A DNA stretch of 64,000 nucleotides from assembly GCA_023379025.1 (NCBI GenBank), contig JAMCTH010000009.1, positions 69,092 through 133,091 of the forward strand, given 5' to 3'. Source of the stretch: Patescibacteria group bacterium (lineage in GTDB: Bacteria > Patescibacteriota > Microgenomatia > UBA10105 > UBA927). Positions 1-11,362 of the stretch are shown piece by piece (within the stretch, counting starts at the first letter, position 1; every line of letters begins with the position of its first letter). Made by a program: the position numbers and the translations under genes. A model generated the notes under the pieces. It was not told where the DNA came from. It did no database searches and was given only the letters and a program-made list of their open reading frames with translations.

Positions 1-345
1 TCCGGCGCCGAATATCCTACGAAACACCCCCAATACAGACAAACCGAAAACAAAGATAAACAGACCCCCGATCCTGAGGAGATTTATCTTATGGAGGATA
101 AGGAAAGAGCCGATAAACGAACTTCCCATCCCGAGTGCGGTAAATACCACCGTAAACCCGGCGAGAAAAAGACCGGTATGGACAGCGACGGTGCGGATGT
201 ACGTTCTGCGCGTACTGTTTCTGCCGAATGCAGATACCGATGCACCGCTCAGATACCCGAGATAAATCGGCAGGAGCGGTATGACGCACGGGGAAAAGAA
301 CGAAAGAAGCCCTGCAGTAAAAGCGATGATAAACGTGATGTTCAT
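1..345 (-). CDS. ccdA: CcdA/DsbD-family transmembrane thiol-disulfide electron transporter (partial; runs off window start)
   Basis: Manual translation of the minus strand from ATG at 345 gives MNITFIIAFTAGLLSFFSPCVIPLLPIYLGYLSGASVSAF...FLAGFTVVFTALGMGSS... with the CcdA signature SPCV(I/L)PLLPxYL. There is no stop before position 1, so it is absent from the ORF track. The plus ORF 91..453 on the opposite strand is low-complexity and charged. Confidence 0.75.
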   Translation of the reverse strand, partial: MNITFIIAFTAGLLSFFSPCVIPLLPIYLGYLSGASVSAFGRNSTRRTYIRTVAVHTGLFLAGFTVVFTALGMGSSFIGSFLILHKINLLRIGGLFIFVFGLSVLGVFRRIFGAG

Positions 346-480
346 GCCGCTGCTCTCCCCGATCCTGATACAGGTATTATATGTCAGCGTTTAACTCCTG
401 CCTATGACAGCCATAGTCTGACGGGGTTCCACAGATACGGAAAGGTGTTATGATAAAAGAACGAGCGATCCGTTATTCTT

Positions 481-1236
481 ATGGTTACTATTGCCCTACA
501 ACCAGACTATGTCGCACGTCTTGCCGGCATCAGAATCACCAACACGTTCCTGACAAGCCTCGTTGTCACTGCCATTCTGAGTATTTTGGCTGTCATTCTG
601 ACCCCCGTCGGGAAACGGTCTTCCTCCCGTCTTACGGAAACGGAAACAATCATTGCCGATAAACTCATGGGCTTTATAGACGGGGTCACCGGTGACCACA
701 GGCAAACCGTCCAGATTTTCCCGGTCGTCGTTACGCTGTTTGTTTTTATCGTGACGGCCAACCTCCTCGGGCTCATCCCGGGGTTTCTCGGATCCCTCTA
801 TATTACCGCCGGGAGCGCTCACCTGCCGCTTCTGCGCGCGCCGAACAGCGATCTCACCACGACGCTCGCCCTTGCCCTCTATGCCATGTGTGCCGTGGAG
901 ACCTTTTCTTTCACCCAAGCCGGCATCAGGGGATTCGTTGCCCGCCTTTTCAATATCCGGAGCCCCCTCGAATTCATTATCTCTTTTTTTGAATCGCTGT
1001 CAGAACTCACAAAAATCATCTCATTTTCGTTCCGGTTATTCGGCAATATCTTTGCCGGTGAAGTACTCCTTCTCCTTGCGGCATTTTTCCTCCCGTATAT
1101 CCTTCCCCTGCCGTTTCTTGTCATGGAGCTGTTTGTCGGCGTCATTCAGGCATTCATTTTTGCCGTTCTGACGCTCGCGTTTGCCAAAGCCGGAAGCATC
1201 AGGAGTAAACAATTAGCAAAGGAGGTGACCATATGA
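481..1236 (+). CDS. atpB: F0F1 ATP synthase subunit a
   Basis: 251 aa polytopic membrane protein at the head of the a-c-b-alpha-gamma-beta-epsilon gene order. C-terminal region FRLFGNIFAGEVLL matches the conserved subunit-a R-containing helix. The exact start codon is uncertain. Confidence 0.85.
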   Translation: MVTIALQPDYVARLAGIRITNTFLTSLVVTAILSILAVILTPVGKRSSSRLTETETIIADKLMGFIDGVTGDHRQTVQIFPVVVTLFVFIVTANLLGLIPGFLGSLYITAGSAHLPLLRAPNSDLTTTLALALYAMCAVETFSFTQAGIRGFVARLFNIRSPLEFIISFFESLSELTKIISFSFRLFGNIFAGEVLLLLAAFFLPYILPLPFLVMELFVGVIQAFIFAVLTLAFAKAGSIRSKQLAKEVTI

Positions 1237-1451
1237 ACGCTACGTATCCGTCCGCATTTGTCATGGGTATCGGGACACTGGGGCCCGCACTCGGCATCGG
1301 CATGATCGGCGCCGCTGCCCTTCTTGCCATGGCCAGAAACCCTCAGAATTCCGAGCGCATCCAGGTTGCCATGATTATCGCAATCGCATTCGCTGAAGCG
1401 ATCGCAATCTATGCCCTGGTTGTTGCATTGCTGTTGAAATTTATTCCGTAA
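1233..1451 (+). CDS. atpE: F0F1 ATP synthase subunit c
   Basis: 72 aa two-helix proteolipid (GIGMIGAAA...RNPQ...AFAEAIAIYALVVALLL), overlapping atpB by 4 bp. Confidence 0.9.
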   Translation: MNATYPSAFVMGIGTLGPALGIGMIGAAALLAMARNPQNSERIQVAMIIAIAFAEAIAIYALVVALLLKFIP

Positions 1452-1462
1452 TTGTTCCGCGT

Positions 1463-2329
1463 ATGCAACTTTTGGGATCTCTCGGTATTGATTTCCGCCT
1501 CCTGGCTGCTCAGGTTGTCAATTTTGTGCTGCTCATGTGGATTCTAACGAAATTACTCTATACGCCGCTCATGAGCGCCATTGACCGGGAACGCCGCAGC
1601 CGGCTGAAGACCGAAGAAGACCGGAAAAAACTCGAGAACGAAAAAAATGCATCGGAGGCGATGAAACGGTCCCTCGTTACCGACGGCCGGAAGGAAGCAG
1701 AAAAACTCGTGGCGGATGCCGGACACATGACGGAACTCATCAAGCTCCAGGCGCTCCGGGACGCACAGCAAACCGGAACCAAACTGGTGACACAAACCAA
1801 AGCGGAACTCGCCGCGCGCAAAAAGGAACTTGAAGATGCTTTTTCCGCCAATAAAGCAACGCTTCTCACCACCCGCCTCACGGATATCTTCGGCACGCTT
1901 CTGTCTGACCGGACCCTGTCGGAAGAGATGGACCGCATGTATTTTGAGCGCCTTAAAACTTCGCTCGCCCGGCTTTCCCCGACCGCCATTTGGCCGGAAA
2001 CCGGACGGGCCGGAAAAACCGGGGCAGGAGCCGGCATGCCGGGTGAAACAAAACTCCGGGCAATCCTTGCCAAAAAGCAGGCCGGAGCAGCCGCATCCAA
2101 GTCCGGCAGACAGGACCGCGACCGGCTGACCGGTATTGTAGAAAGCACCCGGCCGCTCACGACAAAGGAAAAATCCGAACTCAACCGGATGCTCAGATCT
2201 GTCGCAAAAAAACCCGTGGCGCTTCGTGAGACAAAAAATCCGGCGCTTCTTGCCGGCTTTTCCTTCGAACTTGCTGGCGTACTCCTCGAACACAATCTTA
2301 TGAGCGATATCCGGAGGGTCCATGCCTGA
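1463..2329 (+). CDS. atpF: F0F1 ATP synthase subunit b fused to a short delta/OSCP-like C-terminal domain
   Basis: N-terminal TM helix plus a long charged coiled coil, typical of subunit b. C-terminal ...NPALLAGFSFELAGVLLEHNLMSDIRRV resembles the conserved C-terminus of subunit delta. No separate atpH lies between this gene and atpA, which overlaps it by 8 bp. Confidence 0.75.
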   Translation: MQLLGSLGIDFRLLAAQVVNFVLLMWILTKLLYTPLMSAIDRERRSRLKTEEDRKKLENEKNASEAMKRSLVTDGRKEAEKLVADAGHMTELIKLQALRDAQQTGTKLVTQTKAELAARKKELEDAFSANKATLLTTRLTDIFGTLLSDRTLSEEMDRMYFERLKTSLARLSPTAIWPETGRAGKTGAGAGMPGETKLRAILAKKQAGAAASKSGRQDRDRLTGIVESTRPLTTKEKSELNRMLRSVAKKPVALRETKNPALLAGFSFELAGVLLEHNLMSDIRRVHA

Positions 2330-3779
2330 ACTCCTGAAAAAAGAAACCGGTCACATCAACGCCTTGTTTTCCGGCGTTGCCATCTGCGGGGGATTCCCCT
2401 ATGCCAGGCTTCACGAGGTGATCCTCGACAGCGACGGCCGCCCCGGGGGCATCGTCGTAGGGTTTCGCGAGGACTATACCGAAGTTCTCCTCTTTTCCGA
2501 GAGGAAAAACGTCGGAAGACCCTTCTTCAGGAGCAACACGCTCATGAGCATACCCGTGAGCGAGCGCTATATCGGACGGGTTGTGGACGGCACCGGCACA
2601 CCCGTCGATAAACACGGCGCGATCACCGGCCAGCTCCGACCCCTCTTTACCAAAGCGCCCGCGATCTTTGACAGGAAACCCGTCTCCCGTCCGTTTGTCA
2701 CCGGCATAAAGATTATTGATACCGTCCTCCCGATCGGACGGGGTCAGCGGGAACTCATTATCGGCGACCGCAAACTCGGCAAAACGACGATCGCCGTCGA
2801 CACCATCCTCAATCAGGGACGGATGCATAAAAACCCTCCGGTCTGCATCTATGTTTCCTGCGGCAAAAAGGTGAGCGAACTTGAGGAAATCATCCGGCTC
2901 TTCACGAGAGAGGGTGCCATGACGTACACCGCCGTCGTTGCGGCAACGGCAGACAGTCCGTTTGCTTCCCAGTACCTTGCCCCGTTTACCGGGACGACCA
3001 TCGGCGAATACTTTCGTGATCTCGGATCGGATGTTCTGATCGTTTATGATGACCTCACCAAACACGCAGCCAGTTACCGCGATATCTCCCTCCTCCTCTC
3101 GAGGGCCCCCGGCCGTGAGGCATACCCCGGAGACGTGTTCTCCCTGCACGCGGGACTCCTTGAACGGGCCGGGCAACTTTCGGACAAGCGGAAAGGCGGC
3201 TCCCTGACGGCGCTCCCCATCGTCGAAACGCAGGAAGGGGACCTGACGTCATTTATCTCCACCAACATCATCTCAATAACGGACGGACAGATCTATCTTG
3301 AGCGCGGCTTGTTTCAGAAACGGTTTCTGCCCGCCATAAATGTCGGCCTTTCGGTGTCCCGTATCGGCTCCAAAGGTCAGCCGGACGCGCTCCGTGAGGT
3401 AACCGGAGGCCTCCGGCTTGCCCTTGCCCAACACCGGGAGCTCCAGAAACTGACGCAGATAGAAACGGTGTTAAGCCAGGCGGCGCGCCGGACGATTGAG
3501 CGCGGAGAGCTTATTCTCGAACTCCTGAAACAGGACAAACATATCCTGGTAGACTGGCCCGTACAGGTAGTCCTCTTTTATGCGGCAGAGCAGGGGTATT
3601 TTGACGATATAGAACTCGATACATGGAGGGGATTTGAAGACCTGGTCGTCAAGGCCATAACGACCAAAAACAAGCGGATCACGGAAACCATCTCCCGCGG
3701 CACGTTTGATGACAAAACGCGGGAGGATATACGGCTTTTTATCAGCAGCATGAAAAAGGACTTTGTCAGTCCGGTCTGA
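2322..3779 (+). CDS. atpA: F0F1 ATP synthase subunit alpha
   Basis: 485 aa; P-loop GDRKLGKTTIAVDTILNQ and overall alpha-subunit architecture. Confidence 0.95.
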   Translation: MPELLKKETGHINALFSGVAICGGFPYARLHEVILDSDGRPGGIVVGFREDYTEVLLFSERKNVGRPFFRSNTLMSIPVSERYIGRVVDGTGTPVDKHGAITGQLRPLFTKAPAIFDRKPVSRPFVTGIKIIDTVLPIGRGQRELIIGDRKLGKTTIAVDTILNQGRMHKNPPVCIYVSCGKKVSELEEIIRLFTREGAMTYTAVVAATADSPFASQYLAPFTGTTIGEYFRDLGSDVLIVYDDLTKHAASYRDISLLLSRAPGREAYPGDVFSLHAGLLERAGQLSDKRKGGSLTALPIVETQEGDLTSFISTNIISITDGQIYLERGLFQKRFLPAINVGLSVSRIGSKGQPDALREVTGGLRLALAQHRELQKLTQIETVLSQAARRTIERGELILELLKQDKHILVDWPVQVVLFYAAEQGYFDDIELDTWRGFEDLVVKAITTKNKRITETISRGTFDDKTREDIRLFISSMKKDFVSPV

Positions 3780-3785
3780 GGCAAT

Positions 3786-6275
<2,490 letters not shown>

Positions 6276-6279
<4 letters not shown>

Positions 6280-6842
6280 CGCGCGCTTCCTATCACCGGA
6301 AACATCTCTTTACCAATCTCCTTCTCATCACTCTGGGGGTAGCCGTCGCCGTCGCGCTTTCTCAAAATAGGGCATTTACAGGCTTTCTCCTCCACCTCGG
6401 CACCCTCGGCTACATCGGCGCCTTTGTGGCCGGCATCCTCTTTGTATCGACATTCACGGCGTCGGTCGGGATCCTCGTCCTTTTTCTTCTCGCGGAAACG
6501 CTTTCCCCTATAGAAATCGCGCTTCTTGCGGGGTTGGGCGCGGTGGTCGGCGATCTTCTCGTGTTCCGATATGTCCGCGACGATCTTCTCGAGGATATGC
6601 AGTATCTCTACAAAAAATTCGGTTCCCGCCACCTCCATCATCTTCTCCGTACCCGGTACTTCCGCTGGTCGCTTCCGGTCATCGGCGCCGTCATCATCGC
6701 CTCTCCCCTGCCGGATGAGCTTGGCGTGACGCTCATGGGTATTTCCAAAATGAAAACGCTCCGGTTTATCCCCGTTTCGTTTTTCCTCAATAGCCTGGGC
6801 ATCTTTACCGTCATATCCGCAGTTCACCTGATAGGGGGATAA
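6276..6842 (+). CDS. hypothetical polytopic membrane protein
   Basis: 188 aa with four or more hydrophobic helices, overlapping atpC by 4 bp. No family confidently recognised. Confidence 0.5.
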
Positions 6843-6845
6843 GCT

Positions 6846-7181
6846 ATGCATCTCGGCTACCACCACTGGCTCCACCACAGAAAACTGTCCGGTCGGCCGA
6901 AACGGAGGCAGGTTTCCGGAAGGGTTGCCCGGCTGTTTGACGAAAGTGTCTACGTGGCTGCGTTTATCTCCGTGGCTTCCAATCTTGCCCAGCTGGGGAA
7001 AATCATCGCGGCGCATTCCACCCAGGGCGTCTCCATCATCACCTGGGTTGGGTTTCTTTTGGGAACGATCTTCTGGCTCGGCTACGGCATCGTGCACCGG
7101 GAAAAGCCGATTATCTTCGCGAACGTCTGTCTGTTTTTCGTCCAGGGGGCAATCGTTGCCTGGCTTCTCTGGTTGGGCTAG
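6846..7181 (+). CDS. SemiSWEET/PQ-loop family sugar transporter homologue with AQ in place of the PQ motif
   Basis: Core YVAAFISVASNLAQLGKI...ITWVGFLLGTIFWLGYGIVHREKPIIFANVCLFF closely resembles bacterial SemiSWEETs (YVAAF..S.LPQ...W..YGI....PII.AN). Three predicted TM helices. The N-terminal about 30 aa of the ORF are probably not translated. Confidence 0.6.
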   Translation: MHLGYHHWLHHRKLSGRPKRRQVSGRVARLFDESVYVAAFISVASNLAQLGKIIAAHSTQGVSIITWVGFLLGTIFWLGYGIVHREKPIIFANVCLFFVQGAIVAWLLWLG

Positions 7182-7462
7182 CGGGACGTTTTCCCGAACG
7201 TTCGGCGCAGTTCGGTTTTGGCCGCTTCGAGAATGCGGCGGCGTGAGGCGGGAAGGTTTTTCCCGGCGCGGTTCACGGAACAATTGAGCATCGCCATGGC
7301 GGACTGAAAGGGCGCGGCTTTCCTGCGCGTGCTCGTATCCGCGGAATGTTTAAGGGAACGGGCAATGCGCTTGGGATCATCCCACGTAAATACCCCTTCT
7401 TCCAAATCGAGTGCAACGCTATGTTTGGTCACGTAGTCTGACCAGGAGTTCCTAGTTGGCAT
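7178..7462 (-). CDS. small conserved hypothetical protein, DUF3175-like
   Basis: 94 aa. The ...DLEEGVFTWDDPKRIARSLKHSADTS.RRKAAPFQSAMAMLN...NRAGKNL...RRRILEAAKTELRRTFG pattern resembles the DUF3175 family, recalled from memory and not verified. Confidence 0.45.
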   Translation of the reverse strand: MPTRNSWSDYVTKHSVALDLEEGVFTWDDPKRIARSLKHSADTSTRRKAAPFQSAMAMLNCSVNRAGKNLPASRRRILEAAKTELRRTFGKTSR

Positions 7463-7877
7463 AACTACCCAGAAAAATCTGAATAAACTCGGCGGGATCC
7501 AGAAGTAACATGTCTTTATATTTTTTGATTTTCAGAAGATGCTGGTCTCCCGTGATGATAAATTGGCTGTTTCCTGCCTCGCCTGCTTCTAAAACACGGT
7601 TATCTGATTCATCTCCGGCTAAATGAACTGACTTTTGCGGTTCAACAATTTGAAATTTTTTTCTAATCTCACGGTCTATATCCTTAAACGTGATTGCCAA
7701 CACCGAAAATCTTTTAGAGACAACATCTGCCAGTTCTGCCAGAAGAATAGGCGAAGTAACTGCGGTTAACTGATCGTTCAATGTTAATTCAAAAATGGTG
7801 TGCGGTTTGCCGCCAAAACCTACTGCGGAAATAAGTATATTTGTATCGAGAACAACTTTAACGCTTGGCTTTGCCAT
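7452..7877 (-). CDS. PIN-domain ribonuclease toxin (VapC-like)
   Basis: N-terminal VVLDTNILISA acidic PIN motif, 141 aa. Overlaps the upstream RHH antitoxin gene by 20 bp. Confidence 0.8.
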   Translation of the reverse strand: MAKPSVKVVLDTNILISAVGFGGKPHTIFELTLNDQLTAVTSPILLAELADVVSKRFSVLAITFKDIDREIRKKFQIVEPQKSVHLAGDESDNRVLEAGEAGNSQFIITGDQHLLKIKKYKDMLLLDPAEFIQIFLGSYAN

Positions 7878-8115
7878 GCCTGTATTCGGAAACTATTCTG
7901 ACGACATCTTCTTCACTTTTTATACCCATCTTTTTCATGGCTTTCCGGCCGTAGGCAAAAATGTCCTCCCATTTAGCTTTATCTGCCAGATACACTCTCA
8001 GGGCTTCACGGATAAGCTCGCTCCTGTTGCGGTATTCCTTCTTAGCTACCAGGTCGGCCTTTTTCACCAGGTCGCGAGGAAGAGCAATATTGAGGGTTTG
8101 TGTTTGCATATACAT
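7858..8115 (-). CDS. ribbon-helix-helix (CopG/RHH) antitoxin
   Basis: 85 aa. N-terminal beta-strand MQTQTLNIALPRDLVKKADLVAKKEYRNRSELIREALRVYL is a typical RHH fold signature. Lies upstream of, and overlaps, the PIN gene. Confidence 0.75.
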   Translation of the reverse strand: MYMQTQTLNIALPRDLVKKADLVAKKEYRNRSELIREALRVYLADKAKWEDIFAYGRKAMKKMGIKSEEDVVRIVSEYRHGKAKR

Positions 8116-8140
8116 ATATTGTATAGATATTGTATATATA
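8116..8140. promoter_or_regulatory. AT-rich tandem 10-bp repeat (ATATTGTATA x2, 11-bp register) immediately upstream of the RHH-PIN operon; candidate antitoxin operator
   Basis: ATATTGTATA at 8116-8125 and 8127-8136, with flanking TATACATATA. Tandem half-sites at one helical turn are typical of RHH operators. Confidence 0.4.
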
Positions 8141-8200
8141 CGTCAAGTCCTTCGTTTGCTTCGGACAGCCGGTCCCCCAGTTCAACGCTTAGCTTTGATT

Positions 8201-10045
8201 TTATTTGGAGCCCTGCTGTCGTCCGGCGCGGACGCGGTCCACGCGGGAGAGGTATCTTTTCCGGAGCCGGAGATTTGACGGCGTCACTTCGAGAAGCTCA
8301 TCTTCCTCGATAAAATCGAGGCACTGCTCAAGCGTCATCACGAGCGGCGGATCAAGCTGGATCGCGATATCGGCATCAGCCGAATGGATATTCGTAAGTT
8401 TTTTCGTTTTGCAGACATTGATCTCGATATCCTCCTGCCGGTGGTTGAGTCCGATGATCATCCCTTCATATACCGGGACGCCCGGTCCGATGAATGCCCG
8501 TCCCCGCTCCTGGACCGTGGTCAGCGCATACGCCGAGGATTTTCCGGTCTCAAGCGAGACAAGTACGCCGTTACGAAGTTTGGGAATATGCTGTGCCGCC
8601 GGAAAGTAGCCGATGACGCGCGTCGCGAATATCCCATTACCGCGTGTTTTTGTAAGGATGTCTCCCCGGAACCCCAGGAGATTCCTGCTTGAAACTTTAT
8701 AAACCATTTTCGTCACACGACGTTCATTTGTATGAGTGTCGAGAAGTTCAGCCCGACGTTTCCCCAAGTCCTCGACCACAATACCGACAAACGGCTCATC
8801 GATTTCGATGGTTACCTCTTCAAATGGCTCCTCCCTCGTCCCGTTAATCTCTCTAATAATAACCTCCGGTTTACCGACCTGAAATTCGTATCCTTCACGG
8901 CGGAGTGTCTCAAAAAGCACTGCAAGATGCAGCTCTCCCCGACCGGACACCACAAAGCTCGATCCTCCTGCGTTCTCTTCAATTTTGAGGCCGATATTCG
9001 TTTGCTTCTCTTTCATGAGCCGCTGATAGATCTGCCGGGCAGTACAAAACTTCCCTTCCCGGCCTGATAGCGGAGATGTATTTGCCGAAACGACAATTTT
9101 GAGCGTTGGTTCTTCCAGGGTAATCATAGGGAACCCAACAGGGTCGACGGGATCAGCAAGTGTCTCACCAATGGCGATATCGGGAATCCCGGTAATTGCG
9201 ATGATATCGCCCGGGAGTGACTCTTCAATAGGTATTCGCCTGAGGCCTCGGCTCGTAAACAGATCCTCTACCCGTGCGCTTCCTAACCGCTCCGTTTCAA
9301 TAACTCTAACAAGTGATTGTCCTTTCTGTACACTGCCTTGACTCACTTTCCCGATTGCATAGGTTCCTTTGTACGGATCAAAATCAAGCGTCGACACGAG
9401 CATTTTAAAGGGAAGGTCCGCAGTTGCTTCCGGAGCCGGAACGTGGGTGAGAATTGCGTCAAAGAGCGGCGCCAAATCTGCGGACCCCTCAGGATCCTCC
9501 GGATAGCTGTCCCATGCTTTGCCTTCACGGCCTATGGCATAGAGGACCGGGAATGACAAATGGTCTTCGTGATGAGCCAGATGTAAGAACAATTCTTCCG
9601 TTTCCCGCAACACCTCAGCCGGCCGGGCGTCTTTTCTGTCAATTTTATTTATGACCACAATAAGTTTAAGGTTGTTTTCCAGTGCCTTTTGAAGCACAAA
9701 TTGCGTCTGGGGAAGCGGCCCCTCTGCCGCATCGATGATGAGGAGCGCGCCGTCTGCCATATTTATGACGCGCTCAACCTCCCCGGAAAAATCCGCATGT
9801 CCCGGCGTATCGATGATATTTATTTTTGTGTCTTTATAGACGACCGAGGTATTTTTCGCAAGGATTGTAATCCCCTTCTCCCGCTCGAGCGCATTGCTGT
9901 CGAGAATGGTCGTCTCGCTCATGGCAGCCTCGTTTTCCCGGAACGTATGGGTCTGTTTGAGCATCCAGTCCACAAGCGTGGTCTTGCCGTGATCCACATG
10001 GGCTATGATTGCTATATTTCTTATATCCATAGACGTACCGGCCAT
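8201..10045 (-). CDS. typA: translational GTPase TypA/BipA
   Basis: 614 aa; G1 AIIAHVDHGKTTLVD, DTPGHADF, NKIDR motifs; length and domain order as BipA. Confidence 0.9.
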   Translation of the reverse strand: MAGTSMDIRNIAIIAHVDHGKTTLVDWMLKQTHTFRENEAAMSETTILDSNALEREKGITILAKNTSVVYKDTKINIIDTPGHADFSGEVERVINMADGALLIIDAAEGPLPQTQFVLQKALENNLKLIVVINKIDRKDARPAEVLRETEELFLHLAHHEDHLSFPVLYAIGREGKAWDSYPEDPEGSADLAPLFDAILTHVPAPEATADLPFKMLVSTLDFDPYKGTYAIGKVSQGSVQKGQSLVRVIETERLGSARVEDLFTSRGLRRIPIEESLPGDIIAITGIPDIAIGETLADPVDPVGFPMITLEEPTLKIVVSANTSPLSGREGKFCTARQIYQRLMKEKQTNIGLKIEENAGGSSFVVSGRGELHLAVLFETLRREGYEFQVGKPEVIIREINGTREEPFEEVTIEIDEPFVGIVVEDLGKRRAELLDTHTNERRVTKMVYKVSSRNLLGFRGDILTKTRGNGIFATRVIGYFPAAQHIPKLRNGVLVSLETGKSSAYALTTVQERGRAFIGPGVPVYEGMIIGLNHRQEDIEINVCKTKKLTNIHSADADIAIQLDPPLVMTLEQCLDFIEEDELLEVTPSNLRLRKRYLSRVDRVRAGRQQGSK

Positions 10046-10180
10046 GGGCCGTGACCAACATAGACATGCCTCTCATTTCGTGAACGGGAACGGGCCAAAG
10101 ACGGAGGGTCCGGCGGGCCTATTGCCGCCCTCGACGAATACCGGAGTATAGCAGACAATCTCCCTGCCGGTCAAACATGT

Positions 10181-11362
10181 TTATCGCGAAACGAGGCTTA
10201 TAAGCGCCCGGGCCATTTCTCCCGTTTCTCCCGTCGGAATCACCCACACACCAACGCGTGCTGTTCCTCCGGATATCATCCCCTCGCCTTCCGTCAACGC
10301 CTGGTTTCTCCCCTCATCAAGGTCTATGCCGAGAAACGATAAACCCTTGCAAACCCGCCCGCGGATAACCGGCGCATGTTCCCCGACCGCACCGGTAAAG
10401 ATAAGCGTATCCAGCCCCTCAAGGACCGCGGCATATGCCCCAAAAGAAGCCTTCAGCGCATTGACAAAATATCCGAGAGCCTCCGTTGCCCCGTTATCAC
10501 CCGCTTTCTCAAGCGACAGAAGCGACGCAACGTCTCCGGTCCTGCCGCTTAACCCGAGAAGCCCTGACTCTTTATTGAGGTATGCCTCCAACCCGTTGGT
10601 ATTCAGGTGTTTCCGGATGCCGATCGCGAGCGCCGCCGCGGGGTCGATCGTTCCTGACCTTGTCCCCATCGGAAGCCCCTCAAGCGGGCTAAACCCCATG
10701 GACATGGCAACCGGCTTCCTCCCGGAAAGAGCAACAACGCTGACTCCGCCCCCTATATGCGCTACAATCGTACGCCCCGGATCCCGATTCATGAGTTCCC
10801 CGGCGCGCCCAACAACCGACGCCACGGATAGGCCGTGATACCCGAACCGGTAGATGTCAAAACGTTTCGCATCACCGCGCGCTATGGCATACATCCTGGC
10901 CGTAAACGGCACACCACGGTAAAAGGCGCTGTCGGAAATACCCCAAAGCGGAAGCGCGGGCAGGAAGTCCGTCAGCGCAAAAATCTCGGAAAGCAGACTG
11001 TCAACGTGGAGCGGCGCGGTCTCCCGCACAGTGCGGAGCGCCTCCATGTAGGCGCGGTCGATTGCCGCATGCGTCTGAAACGCCGTACCGGGTGCAACGA
11101 CGCGGATGCCCGAGGCAGAAAATTCTTCTCGGGCACCAAGTAGTCCTTTGTTTTTTGCCCATTCCAGAAATTCCGGCAGGGCTTTGTCGTATGCTGCGGC
11201 CGGACCGGTTTTTGTCTCCGTGACGGAGCCGCTCCTGAAAACACATTCCATGCCCGCCGGCGCAGTCCCCGCGCGCATATCGGCAACCGGGCTCATCCCC
11301 CGGAAGAGGGCGTATTTCTTGGATGTGCTTCCGGGATTTACGATGAGGAAGATTTTTTCCAT
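10181..11362 (-). CDS. ackA: acetate kinase
   Basis: 393 aa; N-terminal ILVLNCGSSS-like motif (IFLIVNPGSTSKKYALF) and acetate/propionate kinase family features. Overlaps xfp. Confidence 0.85.
   Translation of the reverse strand: MEKIFLIVNPGSTSKKYALFRGMSPVADMRAGTAPAGMECVFRSGSVTETKTGPAAAYDKALPEFLEWAKNKGLLGAREEFSASGIRVVAPGTAFQTHAAIDRAYMEALRTVRETAPLHVDSLLSEIFALTDFLPALPLWGISDSAFYRGVPFTARMYAIARGDAKRFDIYRFGYHGLSVASVVGRAGELMNRDPGRTIVAHIGGGVSVVALSGRKPVAMSMGFSPLEGLPMGTRSGTIDPAAALAIGIRKHLNTNGLEAYLNKESGLLGLSGRTGDVASLLSLEKAGDNGATEALGYFVNALKASFGAYAAVLEGLDTLIFTGAVGEHAPVIRGRVCKGLSFLGIDLDEGRNQALTEGEGMISGGTARVGVWVIPTGETGEMARALISLVSR

Noticed and set aside
91-453. 120-aa plus-strand ORF upstream of atpB (a possible AtpI/AtpZ position)
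   Set aside because: Its sequence is highly charged and low-complexity with no hydrophobic helices. The opposite strand encodes a clear CcdA-family membrane protein (SPCVIPLLP motif) that accounts for the coding signal.
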